A stretch of DNA of 64,000 nt from Octopus vulgaris (lineage: Eukaryota), in the NCBI GenBank assembly GCA_951406725.2, contig OX597823.1:57102001-57166000 (forward strand), read 5' to 3'. The notes under the pieces are model-generated. The model had not been told where the DNA came from. It searched no databases and saw only the letters and a program-made list of their open reading frames with translations. Of this stretch, positions 39,196 to 53,826 are shown one piece after another; the first letter of the stretch is position 1; each line of letters opens with the position of its first letter. The position numbers and the translations under genes were made by a program.

Positions 39196-39546
39196 TATTA
39201 GAGACAAAACCACTATTTTGCAAAACAAACAAGGAAAGACTTAATCAATACATAAAATTTTAATAAATAGTCAAAAAACCGCCATACAATCGTTTCTTGT
39301 CTTGATCGACAATCTTCAGGTGGACTTCCAATAAGTCAGACTTATTGGAAGTCCACCTGAATTGTATGTATTGTAGTGGCGTTTTTGATATTTATTAAAA
39401 TTTTATGTATTAAGTCTTTCCTTGTTTGTTTTGCAAAATAGTGGTTTTGTCTCTAATAATATTTTATAATATTTTACTATAAAATTGGATTTAATCCTAA
39501 ATCTGATTTTTTTCCCTGTAAATTTGGATTTATTCCTAATATTTAT

Positions 39547-39552
<6 letters not shown>
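39187..39552. mobile_element. Palindromic Penelope-like element (inverted terminal-repeat pair) in (AT)n
   Basis: Inverted arms across 39187-39467 with a perfect 23-bp core stem around a 1-nt loop at 39338. Confidence 0.8.
39282..39323 (-). ncRNA. Minimal type I hammerhead ribozyme with intact catalytic core
   Basis: Minus strand CCAC-CUGAAGA-UUGUC gaucaa GACAA-GAAA-C gauu GUA-UGG. Confidence 0.75.
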
Positions 39553-39603
<51 letters not shown>

Positions 39604-39725
39604 CAGGCTGGAGATGGGAAAGATGAATTCCCTTTGCGAATACTGACAGGGCACAGAAAGTGTGTCAATAGCCAGCTAGAGGAGATGTCTTCCTGTGGCT
39701 ACAAGCTACAGTAGCATCAATCTCC

Positions 39726-39785
<60 letters not shown>

Positions 39786-42360
39786 TCATATGTATATACA
39801 TATTTTTAAGTGTGTGTTTCTGTCTATGTTTGTCCCCACCACCATTCGACAACAGGTGTTGGTGTGGTTGCATCTTCATAACCTAGCTGTTTTGTAAAAG
39901 TGACCGATAGATACGTACCAGCTTTAAAAAACATACTAGGGTCGATTCATTCGACTAACAATTCAACAGGACAGTGCGCCAGCATGGCTGCCGTCTAATG
40001 ACTGAAATATGTAAAAGGTAATCAGATAGAATAGCTATTTAAGCGAACTTAACAGTCTCTGGGTGTTCTTAAATGGCTAGCACGTGTCCTCCACGCTGTA
40101 ATCGTTTTACTTTTGTCTCACGGCCTTTGACCAAATCACTCACGTTGAAAGCCTTCCATAGAAGGAAAAGAAGATTTCGTAATTATGTTTTGGATGGAAC
40201 AATAATTAAACTTCTTATAAATTGAAACACAATTGCTTTTATCCGGAAACAACTGGAAAACCCGATGTAAGACATACGCCTTTTTGGAATGTTTACACGC
40301 ACGAAGTATGGATGGCACTAACAATATAAGGCTAACAATGGAAACTTTCCATAGCACACTTGAATTCAAATAAAGGACCATGTCTTAAACTGTCACATGG
40401 CTTTAACTATAAAGAAAAGGGTGTATAGGGGATTGAATGCACCTTAATATATGACTAGTATTTATGTTATTGTTTGTGGAAATGTAGAAGGTAAAGACAA
40501 CGACAGCATTATTTGAACTCTGTGTTATCAATATATATACTGATCACATGATTGTTTGATTGATTGATTCTACGTGTATACTCACTAATCATTACTTCAC
40601 GCGTAATATTGCTTTAAAGTAGATATTTTCCTCTCATACACTCACAGTAACTTTGCAATCAGTGATGGTAAATGGAAATAATTTTTGGAGAAAATCACAG
40701 CCATGAGTACTTTCCTTTTCGCATCCATTATTGAATAGCAATGACAGAATAGTAAGTAAGGTCATGTTGTTGGTGATATCAGTGATTCTATTATGGCAAA
40801 AGCCGATATGTTAATCATGTGCTTAACAGACCGAAGTGTCGTATTATCAGTACTATTACGATTAGCAAAGGCAACGTGATATCAATGCATCGAACGTGGC
40901 CTAAAATCGATCGAAACTGGTGTATTATTTAGTGCTCGTGTTGTGACCCAAACTGAAGTAGTATTAGAGTTTCTATCGGGAGTCAGACTAAAATGACATG
41001 AGTGCTTCGATCATGGAGAAGTTGACACGAAAAACCGATTTAACAATGTGAATATAAAACGCATGAAGTATACTTCACGGTTTATGATGCTAAATAAACT
41101 ATTTCATACGACGATATCTATTTAGAATTCTGTGAACAACGTTTTTAAAAGCTAAGGTCTACGGTACAAATTAGCGTTAGTCAGCGGTTTGTCCGGGTGA
41201 ATTTTTCATTTAACTGTGTAATCACATTTACATCCAAATGATACGACTTTCAAAATAACTGAAAAAAGATGAGGTTTGTTATTTGGTGAAGCCTTTCATT
41301 AAGCTACAGGAAAACACGAGAATTGAAGGAGACAAATGGAGGTCTGCATTGAAAACATCGAATTCATCAAAACTAAATAGAAATCGGAACGTAAGCAGAA
41401 TAAAATTCAAACGTTGCTGACAGACATTTCGTTGGTGAATAAGATATCATGAATTCATGAGATATCAATGATATAGCGAAACAACGTTCAGGGAGGATAA
41501 CACTGACTCTTTGGGGGTCTAAAGAATAAAACATAAATTGTTAGTTTGTGAGACATTGAGTTTATGATGTAGACTCAGTGAATGGCTCTAACACTGGTCT
41601 TTTGTTTAGAGTAACTGTTTAGAAATATACATTGTATTTCCCCGTTAAGCTGCAGTATTCATTAGATCTGTACATGACCGATATTAATATGTGCAGGATG
41701 CTCTTCGCACCACAATGGTGACAGCACTTACTTTGCTCTTCTTGTCAAATATGTATTAGTGGGACAGTAATATGGTACTTAATTAGTAACGGAGGTTTGT
41801 ATGTAGTGGTATGTTAGTAAAGAATGAGTTTTAAACATTATGTATTTTGGGCTGACGTTGCATAATTTCAGCGAAAAATTTCTTCGTATTCTACTAAATG
41901 ACATTGATTTTAGGCAGGAATTAATAGACAAATGTATAGTAATAATTGTCGCCAAATTTAGGTGCGTATCTTTTACGATGATAATGTGCAAATAGGCCCC
42001 GTACACGACACACTAGGTATAACGTTACGTAAATAGACAACTAGGGCTTTAACTTAGTAATTATATATTTCTGTGCATACATATATACCTATTTGTGCTT
42101 GTGTGTATGTCTTGGGATTTATAATTGTCTCCCATCATGTTGTTTTGCTTCTGTCCCCTGTAACTGAATGGTTGGGTAAAATAGAAATAGGATAAAAGTC
42201 AGGCTTAAAAGATAAGCACTAAAGTCGATTTGTTAGACGTATGGGTACCATTCAAGCGTACCCTAGCTTCACCTCAGTCCGATGACAGAAGCAAGTAAAA
42301 GATAAAAGGCATAGATAAATAGATAGATATATAGATAGACAGATAGACAGACTGATAGAT

Positions 42361-42423
<63 letters not shown>

Positions 42424-42775
42424 GCATATGTTCTTACATATGCGTATGTGAGTGCGTGCATGTGCGTGTGTGTGTGTGGGAGTGTTGTGGACGCTAAGTG
42501 GCCTGATGAATTATCTGTGAAGTAAGTGAGATAATTGTGGAAATGAACAGCTAAATAATAGATAAACCTTTTTAGAACTTATTTTGAGAAGTGGTAAAGA
42601 GAGGAGCTCTGTAGGGGATTCAAATACGTGACTGAGGTCTTGTCAATAAGCTTATGTTTTTTTTCTTTCTGTTTCAAAGTATGAGCATATACTGTCTAAT
42701 ATCAAAAATATTAAATATCTAAACCTTTACATTTTAATTTGTTAATAGACACAAGAGCACGCACATAGACATACA

Positions 42776-42884
<109 letters not shown>

Positions 42885-42926
42885 TGTATGTATGTATGTA
42901 TGTATGTATATATATATATGTATATA

Positions 42927-42977
<51 letters not shown>

Positions 42978-43643
42978 GTCTATATATATATATATACATA
43001 TATATATGTATACATATATATATGTACATGTACATATATATATGTATGTACATGTGTGTGTGTGTGTGTGTGCGTTATATGTGTTTGAATATCTGATATG
43101 GTCAGTTCAAACCTGGTGTGATAAACCGTAAAGATCTATAATGCTGTCTTGGCATATTAGAGAGGTTATTTTCCATCGCCTTTCTCTGGAGACCGTTTTT
43201 CTCACGAACTATGAGATTCAGTCATTTGAGATTGAAGTGTTCTGACCACGGACACAACGCAGTGTAGAGAATTGGACACGAATTGCCAAACTGCATTATC
43301 ATGTGTGTGTGTGTATGCGCGCGCGTGTGTGCGAGTGTATGTGTGCGTATGTGTGTGCATGTGTACGTGCGTATAATGTATATGTATTACACACGCGTGC
43401 ACCTTTCTGTCCATCTATCTCTCTCTTTATATATACACACACAAACACGTGCAAACACACACACAGATACACGCACACATATATATAAATATATGTATAT
43501 ATGTGTATATATGTATACACACACATATATATATATATATACATACACACATACATACACACACTCATATGCACGTATATATATATATATATATATGTAA
43601 ATGTATGTCTATATACTTATCTATCTAGCTATCTATACACATA

Positions 43644-43674
<31 letters not shown>

Positions 43675-44069
43675 GCATGTATGTATATAGACACATGCAC
43701 TCACACATTGCTAATCATATATGCTTTGTAAACATGTAAAGTTGAGAGCCGGAGACTTTGCGGTAGTCCGTCGTATGTATGTAAGCATGCCTGCATATCT
43801 GTGAGAGTATATGTATGTCTATATGTGTGTATATGTGCGTGTGCGGTTATGGATATGTTTGCATATATGGGCGTATGTGTCTTTCTCAATGTAAACTTTT
43901 ACCTCTGTGCAAAATAGTTTCAATGAAGTGAAGAAAAAAGGAAGTTAAAATAAAGCTCAAACTTAAAAATAATTATTGGAGTCGAGTGGACTGGGATAGA
44001 GAAATTTATAAAGAGAGGAAGTAAAGATTTTTGTTTCTGTTTACTTGCAAGGTCTGGAATAAGTGGCAT

Positions 44070-44460
44070 TACCCATGAGAAGCCTCCGATAGCAGCGAGG
44101 TTGCTGTCGTTAATGTCCCACTTAAATTGTTGAAAAAGAAAAGCTGCGAAAGACAGAAGCTGGGAAGAGATTTTAGATGTTCAGTGTTGTGGAGAGGAAG
44201 CGTAGTGATATGATATAGTGCAGGGCAAAGGAGGATTTGGCCACAAGAGTAGTAACATGATTTTGGAGGGCGAGTAGGTTGATACTGGAGTAGGGCAAGA
44301 TTCGTCATATCAGTTTACCTTGTAGTAGTTACAGAAAGGAAAGAAAGAGTTGACAGCACTCGCATAGGCCAAAGACTAGCTCGTTTCTGTGAGTGTTTTA
44401 ACACCTGTCAGTCGAGCTGCATTAGTCCGGAAATGGTCCAGGATATCTATGTGAATAGCG
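44070..44460 (-). mobile_element. Decayed CR1/Jockey-group LINE 3' fragment
   Basis: ILDHFRTNAARLTGVKTLTET..SLAY..AVNS...F.NYY, later SLPASVF and FKWDIN. Confidence 0.55.
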
Positions 44461-44964
44461 GTAGTAGCAGTAGCAGCAACACTACAATTCCAGTTGAGGG
44501 ACACTTTTCCCTTTTGGGGTCTCATTGTACTTTGTAGAATTTCAGAAATTGTGTTACAACGTTAGACAATAATCGGATTAAAGACGTAACATAAAATAAT
44601 TATAAAATAATATAAAGCATACCATTATGAAAAGAAAATATAATTCGATTTCCAATTACATAGTAAACACATAGATAGGTCTACTCAGGTACAGGTAGGA
44701 ACACACGAATTAACTAGAGAAGAGCACCCCCATAACGGTGCTCTTCCGTCATTCTTCGTACATTTCGTCATTCTTCGTTACGGTGCACCTAAAACAGATC
44801 CGTTACAATTTTATTTATGGACATTAAAAAAAAAATTCTTAATGTGCTTTAATTTTCTGCCTTCTATGAACAAAAAACACTATGGTGAAACTTTTAGTTA
44901 TATTCTGTCTTTCTTATGTATATAGTATAATATTTCACCTATAAAATCAAAAGTAGCTGATATA

Positions 44965-45630
44965 CGTGGTCTGATCAATAAGTTACCGGGATGTTGCCAT
45001 AGTAACAAACCTAAAGCACGCTGAGTAAATCCGCTTGGCACAGATTGATCTTGAACTTTGCTATGCATGTGCACTAAGTTTTAACATTCTAGCTCAATTC
45101 TGCTCTTTACAGCAGTGCTTGGAGGGAAGGTGTGTAGTGTGTGATCGTCGCATAGACCATGACAGACGAAGTTGAGCACAGAATCTGTATCTAATTTTGC
45201 CAAAAGCTTGGTGATACCAGCTCAGACGCCTACGCAAAGTTTCCAAAAAGTTTTCATCGTTCTCGACTCAATCAAGAAGATCTTGTGCAACTGAAACCCG
45301 AGTGTTTCATGTTTTTGGTGACCTGAAAGCAGTTTTGGCACAAACTTGGCCGACACGCGTCTCACACTCAAATCTTCAGTGATAATGGACTGAACTGAAC
45401 AGTAACTAATCTGCACATTCTCTTATAACTCACGGATGGGGATTCGACAATTTCTCCTAACATCTGTTTTTCTCATTTCTGTTGGTTGCGGGTCTCCCAG
45501 AACATTCGTCAATATCGACATTTTTTCGGCCATCTTGGAAACGTCTGTGTTCGGCTCATACACTCCTCTCCATACACTTTCTGCAACTTTGTGTAGGCCT
45601 CTGAGCCGGTATCGCCATGACAACTTTCTC
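44965..45630. mobile_element. Rearranged mariner relic (5' end on plus, continuation inverted)
   Basis: TA|CGTGGTCTGATCAATAAG terminus; MTDEVEHRICI*FCQKLGDT on plus; SGRP...ITEDLSVRRVSAKFVPKLL on minus. Confidence 0.85.
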
Positions 45631-46560
45631 TGCATCCTCCAATAGGCACAGCACCTATATAGTCTTATGGTCTTCAAGGGGCATTACTACTTGCAAGCCT
45701 TCCCGATCCCTTCACTCTCGTATAATGGCTCTCGATCTCTCTTATTTGATCATCTTCCTATACTATGATATATAGTTTAAACAACCCCCAGGTGAACATC
45801 ATTGGTGATGTTATTGTCCTCACCTTTATATTTATATGTCCTTGAAACTGAACAACAAAAGAATGGGTGAATATTTATGTGTGTGTGTGTTTGTGTGTGT
45901 ACGTATGTATACACATACAAGCACAAACACTCACATGTGCACAGTCACACACACACACACACACACACACAGACAGATGCAAACATATGGTTGTCTGACG
46001 TGTTGACACACGTGATGAAATGTCATTTAATAACAGAAATCCAATATGCAAAGTTCACATTTGATGAATTTAAACACTCGTCTGAAGATTGATTATAAAA
46101 ATGAAACTTAGAAGTTGTGTCTTGATATTTTAACTTAAAATTATAAATGTTCGTATATGTGTGAATGAGACGTAGAGAAGTGTGTGAGAGAGACAGAGAG
46201 AAGAAAAGGGACAGAGACTTAGGGTAGAAATATGCAGAATATCGTTGATTATAAAAACTATATTCCGCACAGCAATTTTCACACGGACACAAAGTTGTGT
46301 AAAACACATGAAAGAAATTAGTATGTTTGGTTGAATCACAAATACACACTTTCAAAGAAGCACACAAATATTTATGTCTACACACACACTCACATACACG
46401 TGTACCCATACACACACATACACATGCATGCACACATACACACAAAGGAGCACTCTCTTTTTCACACGTGCACACACACGCGCGCGCAGATAATCATACT
46501 TAGATGTGTGTGTGAGGGAAAATTATAAAATTTCATTGAATATGCATAACGTACAATGAA

Positions 46561-47717
46561 AATAGGGTGTGTTCAAAACTATACGACTTCATTTTTTCCC
46601 GCCAATACCAATGCTGCATAGGGAAAAATCATTTGGGTGGTAGGTGATGTTACTGTACCCCCACATGCATGAATATTTTCACGCCGGTAAGCAACATCAG
46701 TTCCCAGTTGTTACGCCTAGAACACAGACGTGTGGTGCACGATCCCTGGATTTTGTTTTCACCGAACACGCTGAGCAGAGATATTGCATCAAGTTTTGCT
46801 AAAAGCTTGCTGATATTCATACTCAAGCCATCCATAAAATTCAGCAGGCCTTTGTCGATGATGCCATGGGCGAAACTGAGACTAAGGTGTGGTATAACCG
46901 CTCCAAACGTGGCGGCACCTCGGTGGAGGGCGAGGCACGCTTAAGCAGGCCATCCACACACAGAGACGAGGAGTCGATTGAGAAGGTTCGGCGAATAGTC
47001 TTGGAGGACGGTAGTGTGAAAACAAAATCCAGGTAGCGTGCACCACACGTCTGTGTTCTAGGGGTAACAACCGGGAACTGATGTTGCTTACCGGCGTGAA
47101 AATGTTCATGCATGTGGGGGTACAGTAACGTCACCTACCACCCAAATGATTTTTCCCTATGCGGCATTGGTATTGGCGGGAAAAAATGAAGTCGTATAGT
47201 TTTGAACACACCCTATTAGTGTAACATTCTTTATTTAGTGTAAACTAAAGAAATAGGTAGTGTAACATTGCAGGAAATTTCTCACGAAGTGGGAATAAGC
47301 ACAGGATCAGTGAATTTGAAGCATTTGTGCATCGGAGAGTCTCGGCGAAATTCGTCGCTATGGCGCTGACGGAACGGCAGAAGTAACTTAGCATGGAAAT
47401 AGCTCAGGACATGCTCGGCTGTGTAAACTACGGCCCTCGCTTTATGAAGGCCATCATTACTGGTGATAAGATATGGGTTTATGATCCCTGCTCGGTCCGT
47501 TCGGTTGTCTTCCCGTAAAACGCAAAAACCGACGTGCGCACACTACATGTCTGTATTCAAGATGTAACAGCCAGAAATGGACGTGGCGTACGGAAATAAT
47601 ATTTAACGCATGCGCACGAAGGGTGTCAGCACCTTCCATCCAAAATATTTTGTCCGCGAGGCATTAGTATTGGCAGGAAACAAAATAAAGTCTGACTTTT
47701 TTTAAACGCACCTCGTG
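46561..47717 (+). mobile_element. Internally deleted mariner with long TIRs and an extra inverted copy of its left end
   Basis: 202-bp arms 46561-46762 / 47016-47217; EQRYCIKFC...SRPST...EDGS | VTLQEISHEVGISTGSV...RRVSAKFV...IITGDKIWVY; diverged right end about 47515-47717. Confidence 0.9.
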
Positions 47718-47724
47718 GACATCA

Positions 47725-48424
47725 TAGCACCACCTTTAGCACCACCTTTAGTCGAACAAATCGACCCCAGGACTTATTCTTTGTAAGACTAGTACTTATT
47801 CTATCCGTTTCTTTAGCCGAACCGCTAAGTTACAGGGACGAAAACACACCAACATCGGTTGTCAAGCAACGGTGGGGGAACAAAGGCAGACGCATAAACA
47901 TATACACGCGCGCACGCACACACACCTACACATACAAACACATACATATAAATACGACTGGCTTCTTTCAGTTTCCATTAACCAAATTCACTCACAAGGC
48001 TTTGGTCGGCCCGAGGCTATAGGAGAATACACTTGCCCAAAATGACACGCAAGGGGACTGAACCCGGAACCATGTGATTGGTAAGTAAGCAACATCTGCG
48101 CCTATGAGCCACTCCTGCGGTGTATATATATACTCTTTCTCTTTTACTTGTTTCAGTCATTTGACTGCGGCCATGCTGGAGCACCGCCTTAAATCGAGTA
48201 ACTCGACCCCGGGACTTATTCTTACAAACACAGACACACGCATATATATATACATATATACGACGGACTTCTTTCAGTTTCCATCTACCAAATCCACTCA
48301 CAAGGCTTTGGTCGGCCGGAGGCTATAGTAGAAGACACTTGACCAAGGTGCCACACAGTGAGACTGAACCCGGAACCATGTGGTTGGTAAGCAAGCTACT
48401 TACCACACAGCCACTCCTGCGCCT
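47725..48424 (-). mobile_element. Two tandem SINE family B copies
   Basis: Two heads ending AGCCACTCCTGCG (about 48119 and 48421), each with family B body and tail. Confidence 0.9.
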
Positions 48425-48572
48425 ATATATATATAATTTAAATTAAGCAGAAAATGGAGAAAACTTTTGATCATCAAACAAATTTACTACCATCGGTTGA
48501 TTAGTAATAACGGCTATTCTTATCCCTTAGGCAGTTATTCCAACCGCTAACTCTACTTAACTATATATAAAA

Positions 48573-48814
48573 TATGGGGGTTTAGTCCACAGGTGATCGA
48601 AGCAACTAGGTACTAGGTAAGTGCTGTAACAGATTACTAGAGCTCCGAGGTTATAGCCGAGACGGTAGTTATGGAAACATTGCAAATTTCCGATAAAGCG
48701 GATATATAATTGTTAAAGAGGACAGCGAACGTTAAAGGCAAGGCAAATATCCCAAGTCGTATACGTTATTATTATTGGAGAAAAAAAATTTCAAAGTCGA
48801 AATTCTTTTTTTCC

Positions 48815-48867
<53 letters not shown>

Positions 48868-48944
48868 TAATAATAATAATAATAATAATGTGTATGAGTT
48901 GAGATGTTTGTCTTGCCTTTAACGTTTGTTGTCCTCTTAAACAA

Positions 48945-48950
<6 letters not shown>
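48573..48950 (-). mobile_element. Penelope-like element, same family as 15481-15955, forming a fold-back
   Basis: Inverted arms about 48705-48790 / 48800-48948, with an (AAT)n expansion in the right arm. Confidence 0.7.
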
Positions 48951-49010
<60 letters not shown>

Positions 49011-49815
49011 CGTACATGTTTTACACACACACACATAAATAATCAATACCGTCAGAAATAGTGTCAATATCAAAAAGTAAACCTAATCTCTATCTGCCAC
49101 TGAGGAACCCTTAGCAGAGTGTAATCATGTGAACTGGCAGTTCCGGCATCTGCGGCAGAGGATTTTTGTCTGCGAACGATTTGATTACGGGTGCTTTTAA
49201 GCATTACAAGTCCTTATTGTAGATCCTTTGAAGTAAACAACAAGGTATTCTTTTACCTAACACGTTGAGCTAGAGATATAGATTACATTTCAAAATATAT
49301 CTCAGTAAATACGTTGTTTTTTTAAAGCAAAAACTCCATTTTATGTTCTTCCAGTTCACTTCAGTTTAAAATGAGTAATCCTGAAGCTCTGGCGGTCCGT
49401 TTTGCGGGTATTGTCCTGATATCTATAATCTATACGCTTAGCCATCGGGTTGGTATCATTTGAAATCTACCATAATGCGAGGAGTCTCAGTGTAACCAGC
49501 GCTATATACCAACTTCCGATAGTCTGACCGATACAGTGATACAGATATATGCATATACATATAAAAAACATACATTTATATGTAGATATAGAATGTACAA
49601 TATAAGCTTTCTAAAATGCTGCATACAATAAGATCCATTCAGTTAAACATATTGCATTTACACATATACAGTCTATACATAGAAAGATGAACGTAAGCGC
49701 TAGACATACTAAACCTCAGTATACAGATCTCTGTGATAACTCATATATTTATATATATATATTAATAATAGTCATAGGTTGAAAAGCGAGATTAATAACA
49801 ATAACAATAACAATG

Positions 49816-49884
<69 letters not shown>

Positions 49885-49955
49885 GTAATAATAACAACAA
49901 CAAAAACAACGGTATTATGTACATATACCTGAATGTTTACACTACTATTCATATA

Positions 49956-50008
<53 letters not shown>

Positions 50009-50267
50009 ATACATAGTTGAGAAAATAAATTTATACTCGACTCTAGCCATTTTTCTCACCTTATAGGTAGATAGTACAACGCTGTGTGCGCTCGAATAAT
50101 ATACACGCGCACATACGGTCATATAGAAGCATCATTTTGTGTGTATATAAATATTTTAGAATATCATGTATACATGTGTGTGTGTGTGTGTGTGCGTGTA
50201 TTTATGGGTGTGTATTTATTGGAGTCTGTGTATATACAACAAAGCTATTAGTTATTTATTCCCTACA

Positions 50268-50323
<56 letters not shown>

Positions 50324-50537
50324 GTCTTTTTTTTCCTTGTTGATATAAATGTAAAATTCATGAGTGACCGATCAGATAATATATTTATTGGTTTAGGTTT
50401 AAAAAAAATAATCAGAAACGATGAAAAAAAAAATCAAACAAAAAAAAAATCGAATCGCTCCCCTACCCACGTTCTCGTCTCGTTGACTTACTGATAGTGA
50501 TATTGTGACGATTTGTTATTGTTTATTTGTAAGAGAA

Positions 50538-50588
<51 letters not shown>

Positions 50589-50615
50589 GAAAGAGAAAGG
50601 GAGAGGGAGAGGGTA

Positions 50616-50646
<31 letters not shown>

Positions 50647-50815
50647 ATAAAGACTCAGAGACTGATATTGAGAGAAATTGGGAGAGAGACAGTCCAGCTC
50701 TGTTTAACTTAATAATATTTCGTTTCAGAAATCCCCGAGTTAAGCTCTTGATAGAACAGAAGCCATTTTGTTTTTATTCATTGTTTCGTTTCCCCACTGT
50801 ATACTTATATATATA

Positions 50816-50870
<55 letters not shown>

Positions 50871-51067
50871 ATGTATGTATGTAGTTATGTATGTATGTAT
50901 GTATATATGTATGTATATATATATATACATACATACTTATATAAATACATGTGTGTATATAAATATATATATACATATACATATATATATATATAATGTT
51001 ATTGTGTGTGTATGCATATAGGTATGAATATACGTATACACACATATTTATACTAATATATATATGT

Positions 51068-51115
<48 letters not shown>

Positions 51116-51968
51116 AGACATATAGATAGATATTTGCTATCGTCTGCTACCGTTGGGTTTTTTTTCTTGTGTTTATCTCGCCTTATTCCCTCTGCGTGAG
51201 TTCTTTTGTTCTGTCAATTTGTTACCTCTCCTCTTCATTGGTTTTCATCAAATTTATTGTTTAGCTTATTCTACTTACGAGGTAGATCGTATTATATTAG
51301 CTGTTAAATTCAACTTTGTACTTTTTGTTTGTTTTGTATCTGATATTTAGTTTTCTTTCTCTTTCTTTTTCGTATTTTCCTCTATCAAATTTTTTTCGTG
51401 AATATTCTCTATTTTTTTTATCCAATTTTTATTTTTATTATTATCTGTATTTTTTGTTTTCTCTTAGCCTTGTTATTCATTTTCATTTTGCCAGTTTGAA
51501 ACTCTTTTCTTTAAAACCCCAACAAATAAATTATACGTGTACGTGTGTGTATGTACAGACATACATAAATATATATACACACACAATATATATATATATA
51601 CATACATGTATACGCACACATCCACACATATACACGTATAGGTAGGTAGTTATGTATCTATGAATATATGTATATATATATATATGTGGGTAGATGGATG
51701 TGTATGTGTGTGTATCTATGTGCATATATAGGTAGGTGTGATTTTATCTACCTATTTAGCATGCATGCACACACATTGATATATATATACGTGTGTAAAT
51801 ATATATATATATATGTATGTTTGTGTATGTGTGTTTATGCCGTGTGTGTATATGTGTGTGCATGTCCATGCATACATATATAGACAGAATCATATCTACC
51901 TACCTACCTATAGATATGAAAAACACATACGTACATAAATACACACATATACATAAACATCTTAATAA

Positions 51969-52012
<44 letters not shown>

Positions 52013-52149
52013 GTGTGGGGGTCTAAACGTATGCATTCCAATAATCTTGTGTGTGTATGTATGTGCATGCATATGTCTGTTTGTATACATACTGCTATAG
52101 ATTGTAACATAGATAGAAATATGAATCAGAAACCACTGTTACCTTCGTA

Positions 52150-52163
52150 TGATTATTATTATC

Positions 52164-52238
<75 letters not shown>

Positions 52239-52291
52239 CATTATTAATATTATTATTATTATCATTATTATTATTATCATTATTATTATTA

Positions 52292-52343
<52 letters not shown>

Positions 52344-52399
52344 CATTATTATTATTATTATCATCATCATCATTATTATTATTATTATTATTATCATCA

Positions 52400-52433
<34 letters not shown>

Positions 52434-52462
52434 CATCATTATTATTATTATTATTATCATCA

Positions 52463-52523
<61 letters not shown>

Positions 52524-52675
52524 CATCATCATTCAGCTTTGATTTCGATTTCATTGTCAACATGTTTATGTTTATAGTGTAAATGTTTGTTACGACAACA
52601 CCCAGAATCTCTACGTGTTCTTTCCTAGAATTCAGAATCGCATTTTTTTTTTATGTCTTTAAAAATTATCCCGTG

Positions 52676-52730
<55 letters not shown>

Positions 52731-52784
52731 TTATTACTACTACTACTACTATTACTACTACTGCTGCTGCTGCTGCTACTGCTG

Positions 52785-52882
<98 letters not shown>

Positions 52883-52890
52883 ACTACTAT
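52150..52890. repeat. (TTA)/(TCA) and (CTA)/(CTG) trinucleotide arrays
   Basis: Simple repeats seen directly. Confidence 0.95.
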
Positions 52891-53375
52891 TTCTGCTGAT
52901 GTTATTTTAAACGGTTTTGCATTTAGTATGAAAATATAGGAAGAAAGAAAGAAAAGTGTAAAAAGAATCAAAACAAAACCAAAAAAAAAAACCCAACAAA
53001 ATTCGCTTATTTCCCACCATCCACACAAAATCATCAATACATCTACAATATAACCAGTCTTTTCGTTTTGTAAATCCTCACAATTGTAAAATTGTGAAAT
53101 TGCTTTATTTGAGCAAGTCTTAAGAGTTATTATTTATTATTTCGTCTCATCTCAATGTTATTTTTATTTTTGCGTTCTTTCCATTCTATTTTTTTTTTCC
53201 CTACTTTCTATTACTTTCTCTTTCAAGTTTATAAACTACCACTACACAACCAATAACCAAAAAAACAGCTGAGAAAATGAAAGAAGCATAAATCAATTGA
53301 TATGTAAACTCGAACTGTTAATGTTCAGTAAATAGTTTTCTGTTTTTAGTTTTACCTTTACTTGTTTTCTTTTCA

Positions 53376-53434
<59 letters not shown>

Positions 53435-53795
53435 GTTTTTTTTTTTGTTTGTTTGGCTTTTCCTTTTAGTTCATTTCATTTGGATATGGTGTCTATTTGG
53501 TCAATCAGTTATTGAAAGCTTTGCTATGATTTCGACTGAAATTTGAAAATTTCTTTTTTCCGATACAAGCATACACATAAACACACAAAAAAAACAAAAA
53601 TGAAATAAAAAATGAATAAATATATTACCTTTATTTTTCATTAAAAAAGAGATATAATAATTTATTTGATTATATATATATATTTCGGTGACTGGTGTGT
53701 TGGATGGCGGAAGGAAGTACATTTCTATATATATATATATACACGCAAAAACTATAAATGTATATATACAATATATACATATATACAATATATAT

Positions 53796-53826
<31 letters not shown>

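Noticed and set aside
40100-40375. Possible MULE transposase relic (PFWNVY, TNN...ETFHSTL)
   Set aside because: Only short motifs across frameshifts; needs a profile search.
40900-41400. Possible PIF/Harbinger-like relic (GLRYKLALVSGLSG)
   Set aside because: A single weak motif with many stops; not supportable by eye.
44712-44794. ACTAG plus GAAGAGCACC/GGTGCTCTTC hairpin as a terminator or miRNA
   Set aside because: Stem too short for a pre-miRNA; more likely a tiny Helitron/Helentron remnant, and single copy here.
48340-48424. tRNA genes at SINE heads
   Set aside because: A/B-box-like motifs run straight into SINE bodies, with no complete cloverleaf.
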